Assembly: GCA_976551045.1 (NCBI GenBank)
Contig: CDPCPM010000013.1
Span: 20,460,001-20,524,000, forward strand
Direction: 5' to 3'
Length of the DNA stretch: 64,000 nucleotides
Source: Glaucostegus cemiculus
Taxonomy: Eukaryota
The translations under genes and the position numbers were made by a program. How positions within the stretch are numbered: the first letter of the stretch is position 1; the number at the start of each line of letters is the position of its first letter. Below the pieces are notes generated by a model. That model was not told the DNA's origin. It saw only the letters and a program-made list of their open reading frames with translations, and made no database searches. Shown here in pieces: positions 39,901 through 54,385 of this stretch.

Positions 39901-40936
39901 AGTTTTAGAAAAGCACTTAACTTCTTCTGTGCAGCAGTACTCGCTTCCGATTAACTGTAGTTTTCCTGAAGCCCAGGAAATTCAGTCAGCTAGGATCAAA
40001 TGAAAAGAGATAAAATTAGGCTTGCAAACTCATTATAACAGTTAAACAACTATCCAGCCTCTGTGAGTGTCTTGGTTATCTCAAGGTTGCCTCAATATGA
40101 GCATGTCCACTGAAATGCTGTTGAAGGTGTGAGGCAGCTCTGTATTAAGCGAGCAGTGTAGAGTATAATCATCAAGGTTGCAGTGTGCTATGGAGCAAAC
40201 TAGCAAAGAATGTGGCTCATTTCTTGGCCCTTTGAAAAGCATAGTTTAAGGGGAAACAGTGTGATTGAAAGTCAGTTGTTTCTCAGTCCAGTGAGATTGA
40301 AAGTCATACTCAAGTATAAAAATACAGTGCTAGAAAATTGAAATTACACTGGAGATAAACACTGAGCATCATAATATCAATTATGTCATTTGGGGAGTTT
40401 TAAACTTGAACCACGTTTTCAACACTAAAACCTCAAATGGAATGTCATGAGTTGAATTCCCTGCTGGGCACTAATGAGACCTGAAAATGGGTGCAGTATT
40501 ACTATTCTCCAGGTTGAACCTATTCCCAAATTCATTGCACTGTTTATCAGCATTGTGAGAATAGATTTGTTGGCCAATGTATTCTGAATATCTTTGAATA
40601 TTTTGCTCATAAATACCTTCTAACATTATGCTTTTCCCCTTTGTATTCTCACTGATTTTAACTCTGCCTTCCAGATAGGAATAGGATCAATGTGTAGTTA
40701 CAAAGCTTGTCAATGGCTTAAAGGTCAGCTCCTCCCCATGACAATGATGCATTTTCGTTAGTTACCTGGATCACCTCTGCTGGAATATAGTGGAATCATG
40801 AATGTGTACAGATCAATCCCATGATACAATCATTACGCAATACCATTCTTCCAGGAAATCATGAAGGAATCATTCAATATCCATCCTATCAGTAAGCTGT
40901 AATGTGATAGGTCTCCTGTGCCTGTTGAGGTTGTAT

Positions 40937-41232
40937 GGAACAATACGGTAGCATAGTGGTTAGCACAGTGCTTTACAGCGCCAGTGACCTGGGTTCAAAT
41001 CCGCCACTGTCTGTAAGGAGTTTGTATGTTCTCCCCGTGTCTATGTGGGTTTTCTCCGGGTGCTCCGGTTTCCTCCCACATTCCAAAGACGTACAGGTTA
41101 GGAAGTTGTGGGCATGCTATGTTGGTGCCGGAACATGGTGACACTTGTGGGCTGCCCTCCAAAATCACTACGCAAAAGATGTATTTCACTGTGTGTTTCG
41201 ATGTACATGTGACTAATAAAGATCTTATCTTA
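40937..41232 (+). mobile_element. tRNA-derived V-SINE with Rex-like tail
   Basis: A box (tagcatagtgg), B box (gggttcaaatcc), V-domain (gggtgctccggtttcctcccacattccaaagac), tail gtacatgtgactaataaagatcttatctta. Confidence 0.9.
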
Positions 41233-42322
41233 AAAGGACAGTAAGCTTGAAATAATGGGATCTCCATGCTATTTTGTAATTTAGCTAGTCAGGACAATTT
41301 CCAACTTACATGTGACCATCTCCTGCTTTTTCTTTTTTCTTTGCTTAACCCCTTCAAGCTTTATCTGCTTGTTATGCAGTCTGCTGTTCCCAGTTTACTT
41401 TTGGTTAGAAACAGTCGGAGGAAGAGGATCAGCAACAGAATCCTCAGATTTGGGAGGATTATTTGGGAGGCTACACTTAGGAGATCATATCCAACTCATT
41501 AGATTGTACAAGAACCACTATGTTGGATCTGCCTGAAGAACAGTGCATTGAGAGGGTGTGCTCCTACAAGCAGTGTCCTGCAACAGATCTTCCTGCCAAA
41601 TTTATCAGAGAACACACTGCCATTCCAGCATTGCAATGCCTGTTAATGGAAATTGTAAATCTGAAGGCTACCAGTCCTGTTCAAGTCTGATCACAGAAAC
41701 AGGTTTGTGCAAATTACCAGGCAGTAGTTATCCTGTGACAATCAAACAGTCCAATATTTGAACTTGTTACCAATGCAATAGCAGGGCATTGTTGAGGGTC
41801 AAGTATATTCCCTAAATATGTGGCTCTCACAAATCACTACAGCCCCTAATTTCTTTGCCACCAGTTTTTTTGGGTCTGCTATATGTTGCAGATCTGGCAT
41901 CTCTCTGATTTATACCATTGTGTTAAGCAGGTCACTGATGCCTGTTCATCACAACACTTATCCCTACCACTAAAAATCAGAAAAATCCAAGAAGTGTTGG
42001 GTGAAGAATTTCCAAAGGTTCACATCTCTATGAGAAAAGAAATTCCTCCTCATCTCAGCATTAAGTGGGCAATTCTTTACTTTCAGGCTATTGCCATTAG
42101 TTTTAGTTTCACCCATTAGAAAATACGTATTCTCAGTATCTTGCTGAGAGAACAAGGCAATTTGCTTAATCTTTTGTGATGACTCCTTTGTACCTGAAAT
42201 CAATCTTGGGAATCTCCTCTGCACTGCCTCCAAGGATTGTTTATCCTTATTTAGACAAAGAGACCAAAATTGTATGCAGCATTCCTGGCGTGACCTCATT
42301 AAACTCCTGTAAAGTCCTGTTA

Positions 42323-42618
42323 GGCAGGCACAGTAGTGTAGCAGTTAGCGTAACACTATTACAGCATCAACGACCTGGGTTCAATTCCGGCCACTGTCTG
42401 TAAGGAGTTTGTACATTCTCCCCATGTTTGTATGGATTTCCTCTGGGTGATCTGGTTTCCTCCCACATTCCAAAGACGTACAGATTAGGAAGTTGTGGGC
42501 ATGCTATGTTGGTGCCAGAAGCATGGCAACACTTGTGGGCTGCCCCCAGAACACTCTACACAAAAGATGTATTTCATTGTGTGTTTTGATATACATGTGA
42601 TTAATAAAGATATCTTAT
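42323..42618 (+). mobile_element. Second full copy of the same V-SINE, nested in a CR1
   Basis: Colinear with 40937-41232. Confidence 0.9.
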
Positions 42619-42944
42619 TTAAGAGTAGAGCATAACTTCCCCACTTTTGTACTCCATTTCCCTTGCCTTAAAGACCAACATCCCATTAGCATTCCTAATA
42701 GCTTGAGGCCTGCCAGCTTTCTGTGGTTCTTGCACAGCAAGATCTCTCAAAGATCAACATTTATTGGTTCACAATACTGAAATAATATGCTGCATTTCTG
42801 TTCTTCCTACCAAAGTAGATAACTACACATTTCTCCACAATATACTCCTTCTGCTATAGCTTTATCCCACTTATTTAACCTGTTTACATCTATGATAGAT
42901 CTTTGTCCTCTTCAGAACTTACCTTGAGTTCTATCTTTGTAATA

Positions 42945-43280
42945 CAGAGTCATTTAGCATGGAGACTGGCCATTCAGCAAACATCATCTGTGCCAACCAT
43001 CAAACGCCAATTTACAGTAAGCCTGTACTGATCCCATTTTATTCTCTCCACATTCCCTTCAACTCTCTCAGATTGACTGACACACTCTGGGCAATCTACT
43101 GTAGCCAATTATCCTACTAACTCTCAAGTCTTTGGGGCTTGGGAAGAAACTGGAGCACCCAGGGGAAGCCCGTGCGGTCACAGGGAAAACGTATAAACTC
43201 CACTCAGACAGCACTGAAGGTCAAGATTGATTCCAGGTCTCTGGAGGTGTCAGGCAGCAACTCCACTAGCCGTGCCAGCA
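42945..43280 (-). mobile_element. HE1-like V-SINE
   Basis: + strand gggaagaaactggagcacccaggggaagccc is the reverse of the V-domain; CR1-like tail near 42950-43000. Confidence 0.75.
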
Positions 43281-43990
43281 ACCCTTCCCAAAATTCCAGG
43301 TCCCTTCATCTCAATTGTGAATGTAGATTATAAATAACTGAGGTCCATATATTAATCCCTATGGCTTCCTAACCAGTTATTGTTTTGACAGCCTGAAAGT
43401 GACAGTTTATTCCTACTTGCTGCCTTCTGTCAGTTAACCAACCCTCTATCCATGCCAGTATGTTACCTGCAATACCACAATCTGCAGTAACCTTATTGAA
43501 TGTTTTTTCAGAAATTGAATACATATTACATCCATTGACTTCTTACTGACCATTCTGTTGGCTCAATTCTCAAAAAGCTCTAAAATTCTCAACCATTATC
43601 ACCCTTCCATTAAACCTTGTTGATGCTGCTGAACTACATTATGATTATTCAAGTTTATTGTAATGACTTCCTTAATTATGGATTCCAGTATGTGCTTAAG
43701 GCATGTATTATGATATTTACTTTGTAGTTTCCTGCTTTTTCTCTCCCTCATTTCTTGAATAATATTCATCGTTTTCCAATCTGCTGGGAACTTTCCACTA
43801 TCTTCGGAACTTTGGAATATCACAATCAATGCATCACCTACCACAGTAATCCATTTTTTGAGAACATAAGATGTAGGCCATCAGGTCCAGGAGACTTACC
43901 AGCCTTTAGTCCCATTCATCTACCAAATATGTTATCTCTACTAATGGTGTGTTAAGTTCCTCCCTCCCTTTTCTCCCAGACTTCCTACTA

Positions 43991-44522
43991 TAGTGTTCTT
44001 TCTCATTACAGCAGTTTGGGTAATGGAAATTCACCCTCACAGAATTCACAAATCATTACCAAAAAGTTTGTGATACAGAATATAAATTCACTCTTATGGA
44101 ATTTTTGTGAAAAAGTAAATCAATAAACACAAAATGCATACAGAGAACTGAACTAGTTTACCAAGAACAATAATTGCAGGCTGCCGGTTCACAGTGGGAG
44201 GCCACATAAGGGATTTGCTTTGGAAACCGACAAGGCAATCTCATGTATTGATGCCCTTATACTTTATCGAACAATGCAACATCCATTTCTAGTTAATTAA
44301 AACAACAATCCTTTCTCTTCTGCCTACACTACAATCTGAGTTCCCTTGACTATAGACTGTGCACCTGTGGGGGTATTATTGCTGAGAGAAAAACTACTCA
44401 TAGGAATGCATCCCCACTTACAACATGGGAATCAATGGGAAAAAAAGGGTTTGCATTATGGAAAATTGTGATATGGATAGTTTTCTGAAAACATAACCCC
44501 TCTGTAATGCTGGAGTAGTCTG
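43991..44522. mobile_element. Tc1/mariner (Tigger/pogo-like) MITE
   Basis: TA at 43989-43990 and 44523-44524. Degenerate TIRs (tagtg...cattacagca vs reverse of tctgtaatgctggagtagtctg). Removing it rejoins CR1-like sequence (ttcctacta|tttttggtatg). Confidence 0.5.
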
Positions 44523-45059
44523 TATTTTTGGTATGCTTTTTCCACCCTCTACATTGGAGAAATATGAGTTCAAAATCTCTGACATTTATTTATTTCCAAT
44601 GATTACTTCCCCAGTTTATTCCTCCAAATGACTAACATTTACTTTTGCTACCCTCTTTTATATATTTGTGGATGGTCCTACAGTCTCTTATACATGCCTT
44701 GCTGGTTTTTTCTCATATTCTACCTCAAATTATAGTCAGTAGCAATTTTATGCATGAAATTTGAACTTCTAGAAGTCCATTCAAAAAAAGCTTGTTAGCT
44801 AAAATTAAAGATCAAGGAATTGAAGGTAAATTATTGTTCCCATTAAGAATTTGGTTCAGTGCTTAGAGGACACAGAGTCAGGAACATGAGTATGCACTTC
44901 TGTTAAAAAGAAGAGCTAGACTGAGTCATCTCCCCAGTAGATCAATTTCATTACAGAGGTCAGCCCATGGAATCTTTGAGATTTCCGTGGTATATTTTTA
45001 AATGCTGCCTGGTTTAATTGCAATCGCAACCTTATGGCAACATAAGAGTTTAATGCTAC

Positions 45060-45940
45060 CTTCGGTTGGCCATGATAACCAAACATGTAATGTGGTGGAC
45101 ATCAAGGAAGGCTATCAAAGCTTGCACAGTGATCTGAACCAGCTGGGATGCAGACAAGTGTGAGGCGATGCACTTTGGAAGGACAAACCAGGGTAGACTT
45201 CTACAGTGAATGGTAGGGCACTGAAGTGTGCTGTAGAACAAAGGGACCTGGGAATACAGATCCATAATTCCTTGGAAGTGGCATCACAGGTAGATAGGGT
45301 CGTAAAGAGACCTTATGGCACATTGGCCTTCATAAGTCAAGGTATTGAGTACAGGAGTTGGGATGTTATGTTGAACCTGTATAAGATGTTGGTGAGGCCA
45401 AATTTAGAGTATTGTGTGCAGTTCTGGTCATCCACCTTCAGGAAAGATATCAATAAGCTTGGAAGAGTGCAGAAGAAATTTACACGTATGTTGCTGGGAC
45501 TTGAGGACCTGAGTTACAGGGACAGGTTGAATAGGTTAGGATTTTATTCTCTGGAGTACAAGAGAATGACGGGAGATCTTATAGAAGTATACAAAATCAT
45601 GAGGGGTATAGGTAGGGTGAATGCATGCAGGCTTTATCCTCTCGGGTTGGGTGACACTAGAACTAGAGTTTATAGGTTTAGGGTGAAAGGTGAAATATTT
45701 AAAGGGGCTCTGAGGGGGAGCTACTTCACTCAGAGGGTAGTGTGAGTGTGGAATGAGTTGCCAGCGGAAGTGGTGGATGCAGGCTCACTTGTAACATTTA
45801 AGAGAAGTTTGGATAGGTGTATGGATGAGAGAGGTCTAGAGGGCTATGGTCCGGTTGCAGGTAGATGGGACTAGACAGAAAATCATTCTGGCTTGGACTA
45901 GATAGGCCGAAGAGCCTGTTTCTGTGCTATAGTTCTCTGT
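45060..45940 (+). mobile_element. CR1 3' fragment
   Basis: ORF 45206-45745 RDLG...LVRPNLEYCVQFWS...GDLIEVYKIM; tail ggccgaagagcctgtttctgtgctatag. Confidence 0.92.
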
Positions 45941-46759
45941 GATGGGCACCTAGAGCATACATGGATGTCATCAGGCCATGCACAGTATCTAATCAAACCT
46001 CTTCTCAATAAAATTCATTCCTGAATATGCAACTGATATCCAGTATAAATGGCACATAGGAAAGCAGGTCTTTAACACTGGGACAAGCTGGGTACATATA
46101 CTAATCAAGAAGCTTATTGCCGTTTATTAGGGGGTCATTTGGAATACAGTTCAATCCATTCCTTACAGTTAGCAGCCTGCACTGAGTCTGGGTGAATGCT
46201 GAACTCAAGTTTGCTTTTGTTGTTGCTTATAATGGTTGCTATAATGGAGCCTTCAGCTTGAACAAGAACAGGATGAAAATAGCTAAATGCAAGGATGACT
46301 GGCCCTAAAGAAGAAAACTAAAACTGCTCTGACCAGGGGAACACATCAGCAAGAAAGTTCCAGAAGCTGTGTTGCCATCTTCAGCAGTCTATGGAGCAAA
46401 ATATCCAGGCCTATTTTTTTTAAATCAACAGATCTGTCACCTTCAGCAGATGGAGCTCCAGTCGTATGCCTGTGTTTGGTCTATTCCACCTGTAGATATG
46501 AAGGTCTCAGTCTGGCTAATCTTCTGAATCATTCAAGGTAGTGGCACCTGATAAGCATTGCACCTCACAACTTGCAGCTCATCACTGCATGATCATTGAT
46601 ACTTCCTAAAAATGCCAGGCAATGCTCGCAGTGAACAAGAGAGTCTAATCACTTGCCCTTGAGATTCAAATGCAGTACCACTACCAAAATACAATGCATT
46701 TACTTGCCTAGGTTACTATGACATCATCTCTAAATCTCTTAACCTCTAGCATCAAGATA

Positions 46760-49560
46760 GACAAAGAGAGCAGGCACATAGGAAGATGTTTACCTGCACA
46801 CCGCCCTGATTTGGAAATACAGTATGTCATCATCCCTTCATTGTCTCGGGGTCTAAATACTGACAGTGCCTATTTTACAGATTTGTTGGAATACCTTTAA
46901 CAGAAAGATCGCTGCTGTTCATAAAGGTAGCTTACTATAATTTTGTCAAGGGCATTTAGGAAGAGGCAATGAATGCTGGCTCTACCAGCAATGTCCCATC
47001 TAGAAAATAAATTAAAATGTGGTCTTTCTGAAAAGATATTCTCATGTAACAATATTGTGTGATGTGAAGATAACTTGTCCCTGTTAAAATGCCCAAAAAC
47101 AGCTGTCCTTAGTATTTGAGGTGATATCAATTAATTTTTTTTCATGCAATGGAAGAGGAGGCTGTCATTATTTGCTGTCATCCAGTTGTAAAATAGCACA
47201 AATTTTAATGCTTGTGTTAGTGTTGTGTGGCATTAAAATCTCAGGACAGTTCATTGGGTTGGCACTGCAACATATTACTTTGTGTTGAATGTGGTTCTCC
47301 AGTGGTTTTGCAATTGCACACATAGGAGCAATTGGAGAATATTTCCTAGTTTCTTTGGGGCTGCACTTGCAGACAAGTAGAAAGTGTTCTTCATTGTCTT
47401 TGGAGCTTTGGCAAATACCTCTTGCAAGTCAGAACATCCTTTTAGCTGCTTCTGACATAATGTAATTAGCTGCTGAGTTCAGTAATTTTCTGGTTAGTGG
47501 CAATTCCCAAGATGAGGTTTATACTTGATGGAGATGGTCATTGCCAGACACTCAAATATGTGTACATGTAGACTTCACATGGAGTTTTAGAACAAGTAAT
47601 CCATTTCAGGCAATGCCTATCTTCTGCAATTCAGCTGTTTGTCATTAGGACCAAAGTTGTGATGTGGTCTTGAGCCAAGTGATCATAGCAAAACTTCAGG
47701 TACACACTGGTGAGCAGATAAGTCGCAGTAAATACCTAAGTAGCCAACTTTATCCTATTTCTGTATTAATTTCTCTTGGCAATAAAAGATAACATTCTGT
47801 TTATTGCACACTGTATCTGCATACTAGCCTTTTGTGAATCTTGCATGTGAAAGTTCCTAATCACTTATCACTTAGATAATAAGCTTCTTTTTTTATTTTA
47901 CCTGACAAAATGGACAATTTCTTATTCCCTGTGATGTACTCCATTTACCAGATCTTTACCCATTCACTTAAACCATCTATTTTCCCTTTGTACACACCTT
48001 TTGTTCTTTTCTCAACTTGCTTTCCTACCTATTCTTGGGACATCAGCTAATTTATCAAACGTACCCCCAGTGAGTTCATCCAAGCCATTTATGTGAATTG
48101 TAAAAGTTATTGAAGCCCCAGTTCCAATTGTGTGGCACACCATTAATTACAACCAGCCTGCCATAAATAGACCCATTTATCCCTACTCTCTGTTTCCTGT
48201 TATCCATGCCACTTTGTTACCTCCTACATCATTGAGATTTTACCTTCATCAATAACCTTTGATGTGGCACCTTATCAAATGCAAGTGTAGTGTATCCACC
48301 AGTTCTCATTTATCCATAGCAGATGATAGAGTGGTGTTCACTGTTGCTAATGCTGTCATGAGCAGATGGATGTTAAGGACAAAGTCAGGTGGGTTTTCCT
48401 TCATGTTGGTTTGCTTATTACTTGTAATAGACCTAGTCTAGTGGCCTATGAACTTCACGACTTGGTTAGCTGGGTCAGTGTCAATTCTGTCAAGCACTAT
48501 TACATTGAAGATCCCTTGCAGAGTAAATTCTGTGCCCTTGCTACTTTGACTGCAACTCACCAGTATTGTATAACATGGGGAGGCACTGATTCTTGAGTTC
48601 AAAGTCAAAGTCGAGTTTAGTGTCATGTGCACAAGCACATGGTGCAATGAAAAACTTACTTGCAGCAGCATCACAGGCACATAGCATCATATAAACAGTT
48701 GATGGAGGATGGTAGGTGGTAATCAGGAGGAACAATCCTTGTTTATGTTGTACAATGCAATGTGACTTCACAGTGCCTGGAGTTAATGTTGAGCACTCCC
48801 AGGGCTATTCCTGCTTGCTTGCATACCCCTGTTCCTCTACTCAGAAAGGATGGACCCAGGACTTGTGATGGAAAATATTCTGTGAGTAAGACTTTATCAG
48901 GGTGTTGCTTGACTCATCTGTGGAATACAGCTCTCAATTTAGACACCAGCCATCGGTGGTTTTAGGTAGACTTTGCAACACTGAATGTACTGAGCCCAAC
49001 TTTGCCCTGTCCAAATTAAGTGTGTAGTTAGAGGCCAGTTAGTTCATCCAGTTTTATTCTTTCTCTATTTTAGCATAGCAATTACAATATAAGTGATTGG
49101 CCTGCTGAGCCATCTCACAATCAACCACTGTTTGCGGTCCAAACCATGTAAGGATGGCACATTTTAGTTTTTTATTATTACAATCCAGTTTCATTAAAAT
49201 GATCCCTTTAAAAAAAAATCCAGATTGTTAATTAAGTTTAAATTCCATATTTGCCATGGTGTTATTTGAACTCACATCTCTTACTGGTTGGCTGGTCAGG
49301 TAATTAACCACTGCACCAACCTATCATCTCTCCTCAGCTAGAAATGAGGTGAGAGTGACTGTTCTTGACATCAGCATTTGACTAAGTGTGATAAAAGTGT
49401 AGGGAATCAGTATTGACAGGAAAACACCACAATGATTAGAGCTCATACATTGCACATAGAAAGACTGTTGTCAGTATTGGAAGCCAATCAAATCAGCCAT
49501 AAAACTTATTGTGGGAAGTCGTCAGACCCAACCATCTTCAGCTGCTTCACTGATGTAGTA
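46760..49560. mobile_element. Cluster of CR1/L2-group LINE fragments in both orientations, with a nested CR1 (47740-48320, -) and Rex tail (48594-48697, -)
   Basis: LINE tail at 46800-47010; EN-like LLITTYHPPS (ORF 48541-48771); RT-like PTIFSCF (ORF 49432-49671). Confidence 0.55.
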
Positions 49561-50299
49561 TGTATAAATGTAGATGTTCCTTTAAAATTGAACATACCAC
49601 ATGGTGTGACAATTGGTAGATTGTTGTTCGAGAAACTACCATCAGTAGATGGTTGGTCCCTTCATAAATGAAGTTCCATTAATACCTCTGTTATTTGCAT
49701 TTGCAAGTAGAAAACACAAAGGGGTCCGCAGACATTATATTGACAGCAATTTGGGATGTGGCTGTTTGAGAGTGTAGCAGGACAACGATCTGGGGAGTCA
49801 CTGTACTCGGGGTGCATTGGCCTTAACTAAACAGACAACTGGTCAGATGAGTTCAGGTGGCACCAAATACTGTCTAATTTGCAGTGGCAGAAGGAACAAA
49901 AACAGGCGATGCTGGAAATGTTTCTCTGAAGAGAGAAACAGAGTTAACATTTCAGGTTGATGACTTTCCTGACTTCTGACAGACCAGAGTCACTGCTGCT
50001 CTAATGAAACTATAATCAAAAGCAATATTTCAAAAACTACAATACAGCCACTTGGTATTGGTATGGAAAAGGACAAACCTGAATGTATTAAACCCAGGCA
50101 GATCTATCACTAAAGGCAGATATGGTGATCCAGGTGTGGCTAGTGAGGCTCCTGTAACATTATTGATGGGATTTGACAGCAGTCCATCTGACAAGGAATA
50201 CAAATTTTGGACTGAAAGCAATTAAAGAGGAAGTGACCAAAGTTGGGAATTAAATACACCAGGATACTTAACTTTTCGAAGAGATAGACAAAATATAAA

Positions 50300-52075
50300 A
50301 GGAGGTGGAAAAGCCCTGGCATTAAAAAGAGTATAAAGGCAGGAGGGAGATAGGATCTTGGTCCAGAACCCCAAAATCGAGAAGTAAAGTAAATTAAGGT
50401 GGGGCTAAAGAACAGCATGGGACAAAAAACATTGGTGGGAATTATATACAAGTCCCTAAACAATAATAGTAAGGCAGAGCAATATCAGAAAATTAGAGGT
50501 ATATGTAACGAGGTTAATTCAGTAATCATAGGGGACTTTAATCTACATATAAGCTGTGCAAATCAAATGAGCAGCAATGGGGTGGAGGACAAATTAATAG
50601 AGTATGTAACGGATGATTTTCTAGATCACTGGAGGGACCATTGAGGGACAGGCTACTTTAGATCTAGTATTCTATAATGAGAAGGAGTTAATTGATGTTC
50701 TAGCACTTAATGGGCCTTTAGGGAATAGAGATCATAATATAATGGGTTTTATATACAAATTAAAGTGATTTAATTCAATCTGAAATCAGGGTGTGAAATC
50801 TGAACAAATCAAACTCTAAAGGCAGGAGGTGTGAATTGGGAAACTGCATTAAAAGAAATGACAGTAAATAAGCAATGGCTAATATTTGAAGCATTAGTAC
50901 ATAGTTTGCAAGTGATATATAACCCTTTAAGAAGAAACAAACAGGAAAGATGGTCCACCTGTGGCTGTCAAGGGTGGTTAAAGGTAGTATTCGATCAAAG
51001 GAAATTTGTATAATGTTGTCAGAAAAGCAGGAAGCTTCAGGATTGGGAAAATTTCCAAATTCAATAAAGGAAAAGAGGACCAAGGCATTGATAAGGAAAG
51101 GAAAAGTAGAAAATGAGTGTAGGCTAGCTAGCCAGAAACACAAAAAAAATTCTCCAAGAACTTCTGTAGATACACAAAAAGGAAAAGTTTAGTTAAAGAT
51201 AATGTTGGTCTCCTACAGACTGAGGGAGAAGAAATTATATTGGAGAATAAGAATATGGAAGATAAATATTCAGTTCTGTCTTCATAGCAGAAGAACCAGA
51301 AGCCTCCGGGAATTAATGGAGCACCACAGGTCTATAGTGAATAAGGAGTTCAAAGAAATTAACATGAGTAAAAAGTTAGTACTTTGGAGTATTTAATGGA
51401 CTGAAATTTGATAATTTGCTCAGACCCAATAACTTGCCTCTTGGGAATTTGAAGGTGGTCACTATGATAGATTCATTTGTTGTCATCTTCCAAACTATCG
51501 TAGAGTTCAGAGTGGTTTCCATGGGAGGAAGATAGAAAGTGGCACTGTAGACTAGTTGGCCTGATATTATGGCAGGGAAAGTACTAGAATCTCTTTTTGA
51601 GGAAGTGGCAACCAAGAAAAAAATAATAGTATTGACAGTCAACATGGATTTTTGAAAGGAAATCACAACTGGTAAATCTAGTCGAGGTTTTTGAGGTTGT
51701 AACTAACAGAATAGATAAGGTTCAACTAGCTTTTATTCTGTATTTGGACTTTCAGAAGTCCTTCAGTCAAGTGCCACACAAGAAATTATTAAACAAAAAT
51801 AGAGCCCATATATTTAATAGTGTAGACTGAGGATTGCTTAATGGATGGAAAACAAAAATAGGAATAAACTGGTTATGCTTGGGTTGGAAGGTGGTGTCTA
51901 TGGGGGTGTTACAAGGTTCATGGGGCACCAGCATTTCACGATTTGGATGAGACATCAAGTAGCTGATAATACTAAACTAAGTGACAATGTGAGCTGTAAG
52001 GAGGATACAGAAAGGCTTCATCTTAAATGAATAAACAGGGATGTGATTGATGGAATATAATGTAGTAAAGTGGTT
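50300..52075 (+). mobile_element. CR1 ORF2 fragment (EN + RT), degraded
   Basis: IIGDFNLH (ORF 50399-50644), tatttggactttcagaag (YLDFQK), ADNTKL. Confidence 0.85.
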
Positions 52076-52299
52076 GAGTAAGCTGTAAGGCCCATGACTT
52101 GTGTGTGAATGTTGAAGTAGTGCTAAGTTTATGAACGCAGTAATGCAGTTGTTGACAGATATGATTTGTTGCTTTTTATACTGACCTTGACCAGGTGTGT
52201 GAGTTCATTCTATTTCTTCTGTCAATATGAGCAGACCGTCAAGGCATCAGTCAGACATTGTTTAGCCACCTCCTCCCACTGTTGCTACATTTCTGTCCT

Positions 52300-54385
52300 T
52301 GGGTGCTCCCTAGAACGTTCAGTCTGCATGACATCCATTCAGGCCACTTCCACCAACATTCATTTGTCTGTGTCAGGAAGCAGGACACCCAGTAGTATGG
52401 GCATTGCTGCATTGTGTGCTCTCCTAAGCTGTATAGCAACTTTCATCAGTGGTTAGATTCAGTGGATGCCTCACATTTAAGAGGTGCAGAATGATGTCAG
52501 TCGGCACTGGTCAGTTTCATCAATTCACCTAGCACGAGCTAATGGAGAACATTGTGAATGGCATTTCCAAATTACACAGATAGAACCTCTGCACGTAGTG
52601 ACACTTGGTGCTTATATACTTTGGTTCCACACACAGCTTGTGGCAACCGCACACAAAGGAGCCATCAGGACAAAGACAGTGTTGAGTATGCTTTCCCCCC
52701 TTCACCTGGGACTTGTTCTTTATGGCCTATTGGACGCACTCCATCTTCTATTTCAGATGAAATGGAAAATGACTTGAGTGAATGCCAAGGTGGAGGAGCA
52801 GGGTATGGCCACACCTGTGCCATGTACAGCAACACCAAGAGCACCTTGCCTGTTTCCTTCCAGTAACCTACAGTCCTAATTTTTGTTTACCCTTGGCTAT
52901 CAGCTCCAGTCAATTTTTGTTATATGTCTCGGCCCCTCTGAATCCGATCCCCAGTAACTTCAGATAGTCAGAATTGATGGTGAAGGGGATGCTAGAATAG
53001 TTAGGCCAGTTGCCAAAGAGCATGGCCTGCAATTGATTCTGGCCTCCAAGATTGGCTCAATCTGCTCATAGGTGCTGATCAATCCGCAGACTGACCTTGG
53101 ATCAAAGCAGTAAATGGTGACATCTTCAATGTACAGGGGAACTTTGATAAGAGTGCTCTCACTGTCTGGCATTGTCACTCCTCTTATGCCCACAACCTTC
53201 CTGATAGATTTGGCAAAGGGTTCTATACATCACACAAACAAGACAGGGAAAAGTGGACAGCCTTGCCTTGCTCCAGGCTTGATGGGGCAGCTATCTGTTT
53301 CCCATCCATTGATTTGGACTGCACTACTGATGTCTGTGTAGAGCAGCTGGATCCATCTTCTGACACCCTCCCCAAAGTAATTTTGGAGAGTTCATCCATC
53401 ATATATGTGTATAATATCCTATCAAAGGCCTTCTCCTGGTGCAACTGACTAAGCATGTGTCCAGTCACTTGCCCCACACATAGGCAATGGTATCCCTGAC
53501 CAACACAAGGCCATCAGAGAGTTTTCTGTTGGGTACAGAACAGGTTTGGTCCGGGTGGATCACCTGTCCCAGAACAAACTTGATTCAATTGGCGAAGGCC
53601 TTGCACAGGATCTTGTAATCCACCTTCAACAGTGATATGTGTCTCCAATTCCTGATGTCCTCCATCTCCCCCTTCTGCTTGTAAATGAGGATGATGGTGA
53701 TCTTTTTATTGATTCTGACGGACTGCCAGCCGGAAACATAGCATTGTACAATTCCAGTGGGTCTTGACCATCCAGTTCCACAGAGCCAAATACAACTCAG
53801 CTGGTAAGTTGTCACTTCTGGTATTTTATTCACCTCAACTGAACAGATGGACCTTGTCAGCTCTTCCAGGGTTAGAGGCTGGTCCAGATGCCTGCTCACT
53901 GACTTCTAAGACCTCCATGATAGAGGGCAGGAAGTCCCAATGGGCTATTCAGTCTGTGCCCTTTCTATCATACTGATGGGCATAGAAGGATTTGTTGATC
54001 CTTTATATGTCCATCCATGAGGATGTTTCTGAGCCATCCTGTTCTTTAAGGCTGCAGATCACAGAGTTCCCCAGTGAACCTTTTGGAAGAAGAAGTATGA
54101 GCACATCTCATTCTGCTTCATGGAGCGGACTCTAGATCAGAAGACGATCCTGGAGGTTTGTGAGGCAATAGTGAGGCTTGCAGGCTTTTCACCTCTTGGA
54201 GATCCACCCTCACATCCAACCCCTCAATTGCAGGAGGAGAAGTTCCTACAAGTTCTTCTGGAGTTGACACAATTCCCTCTGACTCTCTCTTACTTTCTGA
54301 ACCCTTTGACGATGAAGGACCTTTTGATGGTCTCCTTGGTTGCTTCCCACTGGTGAGAAATAGGGCTTCACGGCTCTCCAACTGT
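52300..54385 (-). mobile_element. Tx1/L1-clade LINE RT region (inverted 5' part)
   Basis: WRHISLLKVDYKILCKA, QEKAFDRI and LYIEDVT (YxDD-like) in minus-strand ORFs. Confidence 0.85.

Larger units (their letters stand above)
41920..44700 (-). mobile_element. CR1 LINE fragments interrupted by two SINEs and a MITE
   Basis: ORF 41970-42299 (CIQFWS...LEAVQRRF...MRRNFFS) and ORF 43599-43844 (IFQSS.DSG.FPADWK). Confidence 0.8.

Noticed and set aside
40937-41010. tRNA gene
   Set aside because: The A/B boxes belong to a SINE head that continues into a V-domain and tail; there is no complete cloverleaf.
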